Shown here in pieces: positions 1 to 7,881 of a stretch of DNA of 64,000 nt (positions are counted from its first letter, which is position 1; every line of letters starts with the position of its first letter). The stretch is taken from positions 62,001 through 126,000 of IMG/VR virus record IMGVR_UViG_3300027969_000039; one strand, given 5' to 3'. The notes beneath the pieces were generated by a model. It was not told the origin of the DNA. It searched no databases and saw only the letters and a list, made by a program, of their open reading frames with translations. A program made the position numbers and the translations under genes.

Positions 1-56
1 TGCTAGGCAGTTGATCCATAACTGCCTTAGTGATAGTGTATTTTAGTTTTTTTCTG

Positions 57-350
57 TCACTCATCCGGGTACACAGTAGTACCGTTGTTCATAAAAACGA
101 CAGTAAACTTATCTGTCTTGAATTGATTGTTTAGTTTACGACAGAGGTTTCGTGCATGACCAGGATTACTGAAACTTGTTTTCTTATACTTAGGTGTAGC
201 CTCATTGTCTAAGTAATGCTGAGATTTTAAGTTGATAGGTTGTCTATCATAGAATACAGCCCATATGCCACTTGCTTCTACAATTTGGTCGCACTTATAG
301 GTAGTTTTATCTACTAGTTCTAATAATACTTTTGGTTGTGTTCTACTCAT
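57..350 (-). CDS. hypothetical phage protein
   Basis: 97-aa ORF in a chain of abutting minus-strand ORFs. Confidence 0.7.
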   Translation of the reverse strand: MSRTQPKVLLELVDKTTYKCDQIVEASGIWAVFYDRQPINLKSQHYLDNEATPKYKKTSFSNPGHARNLCRKLNNQFKTDKFTVVFMNNGTTVYPDE

Positions 351-550
351 TAAAATTTACCTCCGATGACTTCTATTTCAATCACTTCGGAAGTGTTCTT
401 CTTTCCTTCAGTAACTTCATAGTGATCTATCAATAATTTAGCCAATTCATCACGCAAACTTCTAGCATCTGATAATGGAATTACCACATCTTTACCTTGT
501 CTACCTTCGATAACAGCTACTCTATCAATAAATCTTTTTATATGAAACAT
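350..550 (-). CDS. hypothetical protein
   Basis: 66-aa ORF; stop/start overlap with neighbours. Confidence 0.65.
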   Translation of the reverse strand: MFHIKRFIDRVAVIEGRQGKDVVIPLSDARSLRDELAKLLIDHYEVTEGKKNTSEVIEIEVIGGKF

Positions 551-1008
551 CAGATATTTATCAACTTTTTAGCTTCGTCCTCAGTTTTGTACGGACCCTC
601 ATACTCATAACGCTGTATAAAGATGTATTTAGGGCAAAAAACTACTGTAGGTTCTTCACTTTGATACATAACATACCATCCTGCCGCATGATAACACTTG
701 CTTTTAGTTGTTTTAGTGAATAAATGTATTTTGCGCTTGATGTCCAACATAGAATTGTAGACCTTCTTTGTTGTTGGATATTCATTAAAAGGTATTTCTT
801 TTTTAATCTTTTCTGCTTTTGTTTGTTGAAACTCTATGCTAGTTTGTTTTTTAATAGCACTAGTGTTTTTAAAATGAGTTTTACTGCCGTTGAGTTTTAC
901 TTCAAAGCCTGAACCATCAGCAATAACATTTCCTACCTTTGATGTACCATCAGTAACAATCCAGAATTGATTCTTAACTACGGGTTTTGCGATTAGTGGT
1001 TTTGACAT
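550..1008 (-). CDS. hypothetical phage protein
   Basis: 152-aa ORF, coupled to the downstream ORF. Confidence 0.7.
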   Translation of the reverse strand: MSKPLIAKPVVKNQFWIVTDGTSKVGNVIADGSGFEVKLNGSKTHFKNTSAIKKQTSIEFQQTKAEKIKKEIPFNEYPTTKKVYNSMLDIKRKIHLFTKTTKSKCYHAAGWYVMYQSEEPTVVFCPKYIFIQRYEYEGPYKTEDEAKKLINI

Positions 1009-1264
1009 TTTCTTCCATTTCTATTAATTTTGTAATCTTTTTAAAACTACTTTGTTTATCTACTATAACATTATAAGTAGAATTCTCATAACGAATTGGT
1101 AAATCTAAATGAATACTGTACTGTGGTCCAATTGTTTCATTGATTACAGTATCATTTCCAACTGTACCGACAAATGGAATATTATTCCAGTATCCAAATA
1201 TCCGTTGACCAAATTCATATTTAGCCACATGGCGATTCTTCTCAAAATATTCTGCTTGATTCAT
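974..1264 (-). CDS. hypothetical protein
   Basis: ORF 974-1279; likely start MNQAEY at 1264 overlapping the upstream stop. Confidence 0.6.
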   Translation of the reverse strand: MNQAEYFEKNRHVAKYEFGQRIFGYWNNIPFVGTVGNDTVINETIGPQYSIHLDLPIRYENSTYNVIVDKQSSFKKITKLIEMEENVKTTNRKTRS

Positions 1265-1539
1265 TTGTAACTTTCCCAAGTGTTTTGATCATAATTCCAA
1301 TGCCGGGTGTCGTAGAAGTCTAATTCAACTTCGTACCCAAACAATCCGAGCATTAATCTAGCACCTGCGTGGTCACTTTGGAATGTTAATTGAAACTCTA
1401 TATTGATGATATGTCCAGTACGATATCCGTTAAACTCCCATGCTTTGTTCTTTGTGATAGATCCATATTTACTCCACAGGATATTCCAAACTTTATTGGT
1501 TCTACGTGGGTTGACTATGTTAAAGTTTAGCTGTATCAT
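1261..1539 (-). CDS. hypothetical protein
   Basis: ORF 1261-1569; likely start MIQLNF at 1539. Confidence 0.6.
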   Translation of the reverse strand: MIQLNFNIVNPRRTNKVWNILWSKYGSITKNKAWEFNGYRTGHIINIEFQLTFQSDHAGARLMLGLFGYEVELDFYDTRHWNYDQNTWESYK

Positions 1540-1759
1540 TTTTTCCTTTAGGGTTTTGTATCTTAGCATTGATACAAGTACCTTCTAATACTTCAACTTT
1601 ACCTTGATTAGATTTTTCCGCTATCTCAGTCAAATGAATTTTTTGTTTATCGACTGAATCTCTGCATCGTTCTTCAATTGTATAATAGGACTGTGCTTGC
1701 ATGAAATTACAATTGCCATTAAAGCACATAAACAATACAGGTATAAAAATCTCAATCAT
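1520..1759 (-). CDS. small exported/membrane Cys-containing protein
   Basis: hydrophobic N-terminus with CFNGNC; ATGA overlap with the upstream gene. Confidence 0.6.
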   Translation of the reverse strand: MIEIFIPVLFMCFNGNCNFMQAQSYYTIEERCRDSVDKQKIHLTEIAEKSNQGKVEVLEGTCINAKIQNPKGKNDTAKL

Positions 1760-1974
1760 TCTTCGACTCCGTATTCTTTTTTAAGGGCTTCTAATGCTTT
1801 GCGAACCTGTTCGGCTACGGGACGATACTTCACAGGGTCTATAGGGTGATATGTATATTCAAACCCTGACCAAGTTTTGTCACCATCCAACAACTTATCA
1901 ACCACCGCTAGCATTTGAAATCTAGGATCACACCACATCTTGATTAGACTGTCGGGCGCTATGGGCGTGTTCAT
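1756..1974 (-). CDS. hypothetical protein ending in the GVEE junction motif
   Basis: 72 aa; C-terminus KKEYGVEE resembles the MNERI-family C-terminus. Confidence 0.65.
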   Translation of the reverse strand: MNTPIAPDSLIKMWCDPRFQMLAVVDKLLDGDKTWSGFEYTYHPIDPVKYRPVAEQVRKALEALKKEYGVEE

Positions 1975-2189
1975 TTTTCAACTCCAAAATGTTCTCTAAT
2001 GTCATCACCCATAGTTCCGCCACCATCCTTTTTCTCACGCAGGATATTATCTACCTTGCTGGCACATTCCTCTACAATCAACTCGGCGAACTTTTCTATA
2101 CCTTGTCGAGAATAGTCATCAAGTTCGTCCCAACATCCTTGTGCTGTGAGTCCTGCCTGGTATAAACAATGTTCAATTCGTTCGTTCAT
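1971..2189 (-). CDS. MNERI-family small protein, copy 1
   Basis: MNERIEH...EKFAELIVEEC...IREHFGVEK. Confidence 0.8.
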   Translation of the reverse strand: MNERIEHCLYQAGLTAQGCWDELDDYSRQGIEKFAELIVEECASKVDNILREKKDGGGTMGDDIREHFGVEK

Positions 2190-2380
2190 TTAACTCCCCA
2201 GAAAGGTGTGTTGCGAACAAATGGTCGCATAGGCACTAACACCGGAATCATCAACACTAGAATCCAAACCATTTGAATATATTCTGATTCAGTAAAACGA
2301 TACACAAAGATATTGAACATACCTACAATAAAGTAGATAAGTCCTGTATAGAACATATATTGTCCTGGGCTAATCATCAT
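2186..2380 (-). CDS. small two-TM membrane protein
   Basis: two hydrophobic segments; ends WGVK; ATGA overlaps on both sides. Confidence 0.65.
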   Translation of the reverse strand: MMISPGQYMFYTGLIYFIVGMFNIFVYRFTESEYIQMVWILVLMIPVLVPMRPFVRNTPFWGVK

Positions 2381-2631
2381 TCAACTCCGAAATGTTGTAA
2401 TAGACCATTCGCACAATCACCAACAGCATCATTATAAGTCAGTTCATTTGTATCGGCAACCTCTTTGTCAAGAATCTGCCCTTTACAATGTTCATAACAT
2501 TCCTTAACAATCAACTCGGCAAACTTTTCAGGACTAAAAGTCTTGGGCGGGGTAAACGCAAATTGTCCACTGCGTTCTACCGGTGGCTGAATATGTGCCT
2601 GTTCAAAAAGTAGTCGAATCTTCTCGTTCAT
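2377..2631 (-). CDS. MNERI-family small protein, copy 2
   Basis: MNEKIRLL...EKFAELIVKEC...LLQHFGVE. Confidence 0.8.
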   Translation of the reverse strand: MNEKIRLLFEQAHIQPPVERSGQFAFTPPKTFSPEKFAELIVKECYEHCKGQILDKEVADTNELTYNDAVGDCANGLLQHFGVE

Positions 2632-2858
2632 TCTTCAACTCCGAAATGTTGTTTAATCTCTAGTATAGGATGTAAGTATTCTTCACCGGGTCTGCTCATT
2701 CTAACAGTATATGGGGCAATGATATCAATACATTCCTGAACAATCAACTCGGCGAACTTTTCTATATCTTCTACTGATTCTATCCAGTAAAAACTAAAGT
2801 CTTTTTGACTCAAAGATAAACCAGCCTGAATTGCAAGTTGTCGAATTCGTTCGTTCAT
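2628..2858 (-). CDS. MNERI-family small protein, copy 3
   Basis: start reassigned to MNERIRQLAIQAG at 2858; EKFAELIVQEC...IKQHFGVEE. Confidence 0.8.
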   Translation of the reverse strand: MNERIRQLAIQAGLSLSQKDFSFYWIESVEDIEKFAELIVQECIDIIAPYTVRMSRPGEEYLHPILEIKQHFGVEE

Positions 2859-2944
2859 TTTAAATATCCCAATCCACCTAACACAAGATAACAGAACACA
2901 ATGCCAACAATAAAGTGCAGCCAATCACGAACGGTATCTGTCAT
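2855..2944 (-). CDS. 29-aa single-TM peptide (not in ORF track)
   Basis: manual translation MTDTVRDWLHFIVGIVFCYLVLGGLGYLK*; ATGA overlaps at both ends; GGAG RBS in the upstream junction. Confidence 0.6.
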   Translation of the reverse strand: MTDTVRDWLHFIVGIVFCYLVLGGLGYLK

Positions 2945-3177
2945 TCTTCAACTCCGAAATGTTTTTTAATCTGGTATTCCACAGAATAGGGGTGTGCCAA
3001 ATGAAACTTTACCGCAACATCGGCACATTCCCTAACAATCAACTGGGCGAACTTTTCAATTTTCTCTAAATCTTCTTGTTCCGAGTCTGTCAGGGCATCA
3101 ATCTTACCCCAGTGATGTAGCAGTAGTGCTGGACCAAGTTTAGCCTCTAGGGCGAGTTGTTTAATTCGTTCGTTCAT
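2941..3177 (-). CDS. MNERI-family small protein, copy 4
   Basis: MNERIKQLALEA...EKFAQLIVREC...IKKHFGVEE. Confidence 0.8.
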   Translation of the reverse strand: MNERIKQLALEAKLGPALLLHHWGKIDALTDSEQEDLEKIEKFAQLIVRECADVAVKFHLAHPYSVEYQIKKHFGVEE

Positions 3178-3299
3178 GCTACCTCCACCACACGATATTG
3201 ACTGAATGGATAATTCTCATTGAGCCATTCAATCATACCTTCTTCGTAAGGAAGAAACACGCTATTGAATTTGTTAGTGATATACTTACGCACAGTCAA
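3174..3299 (-). CDS. 41-aa hypothetical protein (not in ORF track)
   Basis: TTG start after an AAAGGA RBS; MTVRKYITNKFNSVFLPYEEGMIEWLNENYPFSQYRVVEVA*. Confidence 0.55.
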   Translation of the reverse strand: MTVRKYITNKFNSVFLPYEEGMIEWLNENYPFSQYRVVEVA

Positions 3300-3303
3300 T
3301 CCT

Positions 3304-4161
3304 TTACTTACTGATGTTCATCAAGGTCTTTGAATCACCGCCCAACACAGTAGTAGGCAGCTTACCGTCCCACTTTTCGATCCATTGCAGTTGCACATAG
3401 TTTGCACCACCGTTAGATTGAATAGCAGCCGCTTGAATCGCAATAGCTTTAGCTTCACCATCTGCCTGTGCGATACGACTGTTTGCTTCAACTTTGATAC
3501 GCTCCAGGTCTTGCTGTGCCTTAGCAGTTTTCTGTGCAGAAATAACTTTATCTTCAATTGCTTGTTGATATGCTTGACTAAATCCAAAGTTTACCAAGCT
3601 GATATTACTTACAGCAATATTGAACGGAGCCATCTTAGTAATCAAGTGTTGCAATATCTCTTGACTAACCAAATCACGCTTAGTAACCAATTCTTCACTT
3701 GTATAGTGACCTGTCACACTCTTAAAAGCCTCATTGATTCCAGGACCAAGAACTTTTTCATCTACATTGAGACCATACTCTTTGTAGATATGCGGTACTT
3801 TGAGCGGGTCAAGACGATAGTTCACTACGATATCAGTATGCACAACCTGCAAGTCTTTAGTACCTGCGTTAGCACCTTTTAGTTCTGCTTTCTGTAGACG
3901 AACATCTACATCCTTGATTGAACTGATTGGATTCACAAAGTGAACACCTTCAGTCAAGGGCAAGGGATTGACTTCACCCAATGTAACTTGTACACCAGTA
4001 TGCCCTGCACTAATTACAGTGAATGCCGAAATTCCAATTGATATAAGAATGATTGCTACACCTGTAAGTACGCCCAACGCAATCTTTTTAAATTCTGACA
4101 CAAAAATAATAGCACCTGCTACTAGCAAACCTACAAAAATACCCACGAGAATTATAAACAT
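3304..4161 (-). CDS. SPFH/prohibitin (band 7) family membrane protein
   Basis: N-terminal TM helices, SAGHTGV..TLG, AIEDKV and AEGEA-like coiled-coil repeats. Confidence 0.9.
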   Translation of the reverse strand: MFIILVGIFVGLLVAGAIIFVSEFKKIALGVLTGVAIILISIGISAFTVISAGHTGVQVTLGEVNPLPLTEGVHFVNPISSIKDVDVRLQKAELKGANAGTKDLQVVHTDIVVNYRLDPLKVPHIYKEYGLNVDEKVLGPGINEAFKSVTGHYTSEELVTKRDLVSQEILQHLITKMAPFNIAVSNISLVNFGFSQAYQQAIEDKVISAQKTAKAQQDLERIKVEANSRIAQADGEAKAIAIQAAAIQSNGGANYVQLQWIEKWDGKLPTTVLGGDSKTLMNISK

Positions 4162-4185
4162 AAAAAGTCCTTTGTTAAAAAATAC

Positions 4186-4214
4186 AGTATAACAGAAAAT
4201 GCAATAGTTGTCTA
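4186..4214 (-). promoter_or_regulatory. sigma70-type promoter
   Basis: TAGACA-N17-TATACT upstream of the SPFH gene. Confidence 0.65.
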
Positions 4215-4226
4215 TTGTTTTGGCTA

Positions 4227-4673
4227 TTACTTAGTCAGTTCAGCAACTAGCAAGAAATGATCATAAGCCTTTTTTACAGCAGGGTTAGTCAATATCTTAG
4301 CTGCTTCACCTTCTAAAGCCTTGAGTCCTGCTTGAGCAATGTCGTATGATGAGGCACCACTTAGAGTAGCAAGTTCATCACCAAACTCTTTGGCCAGTTT
4401 CTTCCATGCCTTACGTTGACCTTCAGTGATAGGAGTTTGCTTTGGTTGCAATTCACTGGCCTTTTGCATGGCTTGCATCATAGCATCTTCGGCCACCCGA
4501 GCAGCAGCAATCAGTGCAGCATAATCAGGATCAATGTTGTATCTACGGCTCTGCCCACCTGGATAGCATATCACAAGATGACTACCTTTTGGAAAACTAT
4601 CTAGCAAGTCATTGTCGTATTCAGCAACAGGAACATATTTCCTGCCGATCTTTTCGTAGTAAATTTTTTTCAT
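4227..4673 (-). CDS. hypothetical phage protein
   Basis: 148-aa ORF. Confidence 0.7.
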   Translation of the reverse strand: MKKIYYEKIGRKYVPVAEYDNDLLDSFPKGSHLVICYPGGQSRRYNIDPDYAALIAAARVAEDAMMQAMQKASELQPKQTPITEGQRKAWKKLAKEFGDELATLSGASSYDIAQAGLKALEGEAAKILTNPAVKKAYDHFLLVAELTK

Positions 4674-4674
4674 A

Positions 4675-5514
4675 TTATGTCCACAAACTGTCTCTAATCT
4701 TAATTAAACGAATCATCATTTCAGTATCTTCTTTATCGTAGGCTTTTTCAATCTTGTCTAACAACTTATGAGCCTTATCACGAGATTTTATTTCATCAGG
4801 TGCTTTTGCACTCATACCAAGCCAAGTATCACCGTGCTTGTTACGTAAACTTTCACAGTATTCACTCCAGCCACTTGCTTTATATGGGTCAGGACGATTG
4901 CGATATGTAACTGTCCACCATGTGTAAAGTTCCTTAATCTCTTTAGCATGTAGTGCTTGACTAGTAGGTTTACCATAGTCGGGATCACTTTTGTCAACCC
5001 AATCACTATTAGTAAGAGTCATTGCCCAGTCAAGATGATCGATACCTGCTTGACTGCAACGCCAAGTGCGCCAACGCCACCAACCACTAGCATAGAAAGG
5101 AGGATCATATTTAGCACGATCTTCCTTGCTTCCCCACGCAATGTGGCTCCAGGCTTGTTCGACCTCGACAAAATCAACCAACTCATTAAATAAGCATGGA
5201 AGGAACCTACTGCCAACATCACTCCAAGAACCAGGCTTAATATCACGATGATGTGCGGTAAGAGCATGAGTACGAGTAACATATCGGTTATTAATGTAAT
5301 ACTTGACATCATAAATCTTTCTAATAGGATAAGTTACAAAATCTTGAAGTTTACCAAGACCTTCCTCAGCTAACCAAAAACGAATAGGGTTATAACCTTT
5401 GGTGTTGTTAGCCCAATCATTCCATTCTTCACTAGTGCCTGACTTGAGTTTGGGAGTTCCACGAACCCAATCAGCGAAAGGGGTGCAACTCCAGTAATTA
5501 CTATGTTGTGCCAT
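4675..5514 (-). CDS. hypothetical Trp-rich phage protein
   Basis: 279-aa ORF. Confidence 0.75.
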   Translation of the reverse strand: MAQHSNYWSCTPFADWVRGTPKLKSGTSEEWNDWANNTKGYNPIRFWLAEEGLGKLQDFVTYPIRKIYDVKYYINNRYVTRTHALTAHHRDIKPGSWSDVGSRFLPCLFNELVDFVEVEQAWSHIAWGSKEDRAKYDPPFYASGWWRWRTWRCSQAGIDHLDWAMTLTNSDWVDKSDPDYGKPTSQALHAKEIKELYTWWTVTYRNRPDPYKASGWSEYCESLRNKHGDTWLGMSAKAPDEIKSRDKAHKLLDKIEKAYDKEDTEMMIRLIKIRDSLWT

Positions 5515-5782
5515 TACTAAATACCTCTGGATTATCTTCTACTAATGCAATCAATGCGTGAGTTTGAAACTTAACCTGTTCTTCTGTCATCTTTAGATTG
5601 TAGGCATGGTCCAGTATATGCAATACTTCATGCCACAATGCAATCTTTTTAGTTTGTTCAGTAAAGGTTTCGTTAATCCAAATCTCTTGACTATTGAATA
5701 ATGCAAGGCCAATATTACCTTGCATTTCCTCAGGTGTCTTGTACAGTACTTCGTATGTTATTCCACAAATTTTCAGTTTCAT
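5501..5782 (-). CDS. small HExxH zincin-like metallopeptidase
   Basis: IALWHEVLHIL motif. Confidence 0.6.
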   Translation of the reverse strand: MKLKICGITYEVLYKTPEEMQGNIGLALFNSQEIWINETFTEQTKKIALWHEVLHILDHAYNLKMTEEQVKFQTHALIALVEDNPEVFSNGTT

Positions 5783-5783
5783 T

Positions 5784-6041
5784 TTATTCTCCTAATTTTT
5801 CCCATATCCACTCTGACTCTTTCATATGTGCTACTGGTATCAACCATTTGTACTGTATGCATTCAAGTATAACACGCTTAAAATTGTCAGGGCATTCACG
5901 ACTGATTTCAAAGCCAGCCCTTGGGATAGTGCTGAAACCTCGTTCATCATACATAATGAAGCCTGGATCACCGAATCGTATTGATTTAATACGAAACTTT
6001 GGATCACTATTTTGGTAAGTTATTTTCATCTTCAAAATCAA
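5784..6041 (-). CDS. hypothetical protein
   Basis: 85-aa ORF. Confidence 0.6.
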   Translation of the reverse strand: MILKMKITYQNSDPKFRIKSIRFGDPGFIMYDERGFSTIPRAGFEISRECPDNFKRVILECIQYKWLIPVAHMKESEWIWEKLGE

Positions 6042-6255
6042 ACATTTCTCTAATAGATTTTATATACTGTGTTGGTAATACGCTAAATGTAGAAGCCTGC
6101 ATAATTATAGCACAACAATCATTAATAATCAACTGTGCAAATTTATTATCTACTTTAGTTTGGTAACTTTTATAGGTAGGTTTTAGATTAGGGAAATTGT
6201 CCTTAACATATTGCTCGGCTGCTTTCTTATGCTCTTGTATTCTTTTCTCAATCAT
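6007..6255 (-). CDS. divergent MNERI-family-like protein
   Basis: MIEKRIQE...NKFAQLIINDC...IREMFDFED parallels the family motifs. Confidence 0.6.
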   Translation of the reverse strand: MIEKRIQEHKKAAEQYVKDNFPNLKPTYKSYQTKVDNKFAQLIINDCCAIIMQASTFSVLPTQYIKSIREMFDFEDENNLPK

Positions 6256-6407
6256 TACTTCCCGGGTATAATTGCATCTGCAACTGCACCCACTGCCTTT
6301 GCTGTAACTTTCACTCCTGTCGCTACTACAGTAACACCTGCATCAGCAACTGCTACTACCGCACAACCATGCAATAGTAAGCAACATATAATTAAAATCT
6401 TATTCAC
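6255..6407 (-). CDS. small lipoprotein
   Basis: GTG start overlapping the rnh stop; signal peptide with LHGC lipobox. Confidence 0.65.
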   Translation of the reverse strand: MNKILIICCLLLHGCAVVAVADAGVTVVATGVKVTAKAVGAVADAIIPGK

Positions 6408-7405
6408 GCTAGTACACCCACGTAAGGACTGTTCAACCATTTTGCGTATGTCTCTGCATTATCACTAATTTTATTCAACTCATACTTGCCACAGAATTTC
6501 ATCAAGTGTATTCCCACTTGTGGAATAGTAGTTCTGCGAACACCCTCACGAATGTTTGTATCTACTGATAGTTTAACATCATCGGGCTGTGCTGTCAAGT
6601 CAATTAGGGTGCGGTTGCGTTCATAATCGTCACGCACACGATGTTCAACCCCTTCGTGATCGGACCAGCGTTGCAACATCAGATTGTTCCACTGGTAGCC
6701 TTGTTTATTTCTATCAGCATATGCCTCAATCAATCCAACTTTGTTCTTACTACCTTTCTCACGCACACCGGGAAAGGCACTGAAAATATTGTCGGTTGCG
6801 TCACCGCGCATGGTCTTCTTGAATAGCAGATATTGTGGGTCCTCAAGTAGTTTAGGTTCTTTAGTTTTCTTATCTTTTACTGAACGACCCTTATCATCAA
6901 AGTATCCCTCAAGTGTAATTAGTTCACCACTTACGCCATTGTACTGTTTGACTTTGGGTGAAATCAATTGTACGAAATCCGTGTCCGAACTGATGATAAA
7001 AATTTCATCCTCAGGATGCAAGTGAATGAAACGTGCAATCAAGTCATCAGCCTCAGCCTTAGGATCACGCAATACACTACAGTTTGTGCGGTCTTTAAGG
7101 TAAGAGCAAAATGTATCATACGTTTGCCAAAACATGGTGTTTTCTTCAACCTCTGCCTCTGTTTGAGACATTGTATCTACTACGCGGTTCTTCTTATACG
7201 GAGCGTACAAGTCCTTACGAAAGCTGCGACCTTCTAAACAGAACACTACATGATCAATTCCAAAACGTTTAACGATTTGATTAGTGCTAGCCAATGTAAG
7301 ATGTAAGGCCATACCCACCTTCTCGTCAACTGTACTATTGCGTGATGCAATGTGCCGAGCGCGGAAGAACGTATTTGCGGTATCAATGAGTGCGTATTTG
7401 GTCAT
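6404..7405 (-). CDS. rnh: T4-type RNase H / 5'-3' exonuclease (FEN-like)
   Basis: IDTANTFFR, EADDLIA, SSDTDFVQL and GDATDNI acidic motifs. Confidence 0.9.
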   Translation of the reverse strand: MTKYALIDTANTFFRARHIASRNSTVDEKVGMALHLTLASTNQIVKRFGIDHVVFCLEGRSFRKDLYAPYKKNRVVDTMSQTEAEVEENTMFWQTYDTFCSYLKDRTNCSVLRDPKAEADDLIARFIHLHPEDEIFIISSDTDFVQLISPKVKQYNGVSGELITLEGYFDDKGRSVKDKKTKEPKLLEDPQYLLFKKTMRGDATDNIFSAFPGVREKGSKNKVGLIEAYADRNKQGYQWNNLMLQRWSDHEGVEHRVRDDYERNRTLIDLTAQPDDVKLSVDTNIREGVRRTTIPQVGIHLMKFCGKYELNKISDNAETYAKWLNSPYVGVLA

Positions 7406-7411
7406 GTGTGT

Positions 7412-7440
7412 ATTATAGTCTACTATTTAGTTTTTGTCAA
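7412..7440 (-). promoter_or_regulatory. consensus sigma70 promoter, probably leaderless
   Basis: TTGACA-N17-TATAAT; ATG 6 nt downstream; CTAAATA within the spacer. Confidence 0.85.
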
Positions 7441-7881
7441 CTTGACTTCTTCCAAAAACATATCAGGATTGGAATTGATGTTAGAGAATAGTAGTGGGTT
7501 ATTAATAGTAAACGGGAGAAACTTTGACTTTACTTTTCTGATAGTATCATATGGGTAATTGACAATTCTATCAGCAACAAACTTTTCTAGGTCCTTGAGG
7601 TTAATTCCATGTACTGGATCTAACCATTCTAGTTTTTCATTGCTTAGTTCAAGCCTATATTCTGCCCATTCTTTTTTAACGTATCGTTCTAAATCTTTAA
7701 TCTGATGAATATCACCATAATATAGATTACAAAACTGTTGTGCAGCCGCAACGTGGTTAGAATATTCTAACAGTCTGTCAACGGGTAGATCCCTGAGTGT
7801 AATACCATATCCAAGCACAAGAGTTTGTGCTTGGATAATGTTATAGAACCACCCGTGATTAGAGAGTGTAGTTACCGACAT
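7423..7881 (-). CDS. hypothetical protein
   Basis: 152-aa ORF. Confidence 0.6.
   Translation of the reverse strand: MSVTTLSNHGWFYNIIQAQTLVLGYGITLRDLPVDRLLEYSNHVAAAQQFCNLYYGDIHQIKDLERYVKKEWAEYRLELSNEKLEWLDPVHGINLKDLEKFVADRIVNYPYDTIRKVKSKFLPFTINNPLLFSNINSNPDMFLEEVKLTKTK

Larger units (their letters stand above)
1971..3177 (-). repeat. three interspersed DNA anchors of the MNERI array
   Basis: + strand TCATTCTTCAACTCCGAAATGTT (2628, 2941; variants 1971, 2377); ACAATCAACTCGGCGAACTTTTC (2074, 2740; variants 2507, 3035); AATTCGTTCGTTCAT (ending 2189, 2858, 3177). Confidence 0.9.

Noticed and set aside
2015-2024. Partial match GGTGGCGGAA to the cassette repeat
   Set aside because: Only 9 nt are shared and it is read in a different frame (GGG codons); likely chance.
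1971-3177. Diversity-generating retroelement explanation for the MNERI array
   Set aside because: No reverse transcriptase in the window; variable segments differ wholesale rather than only at adenines.
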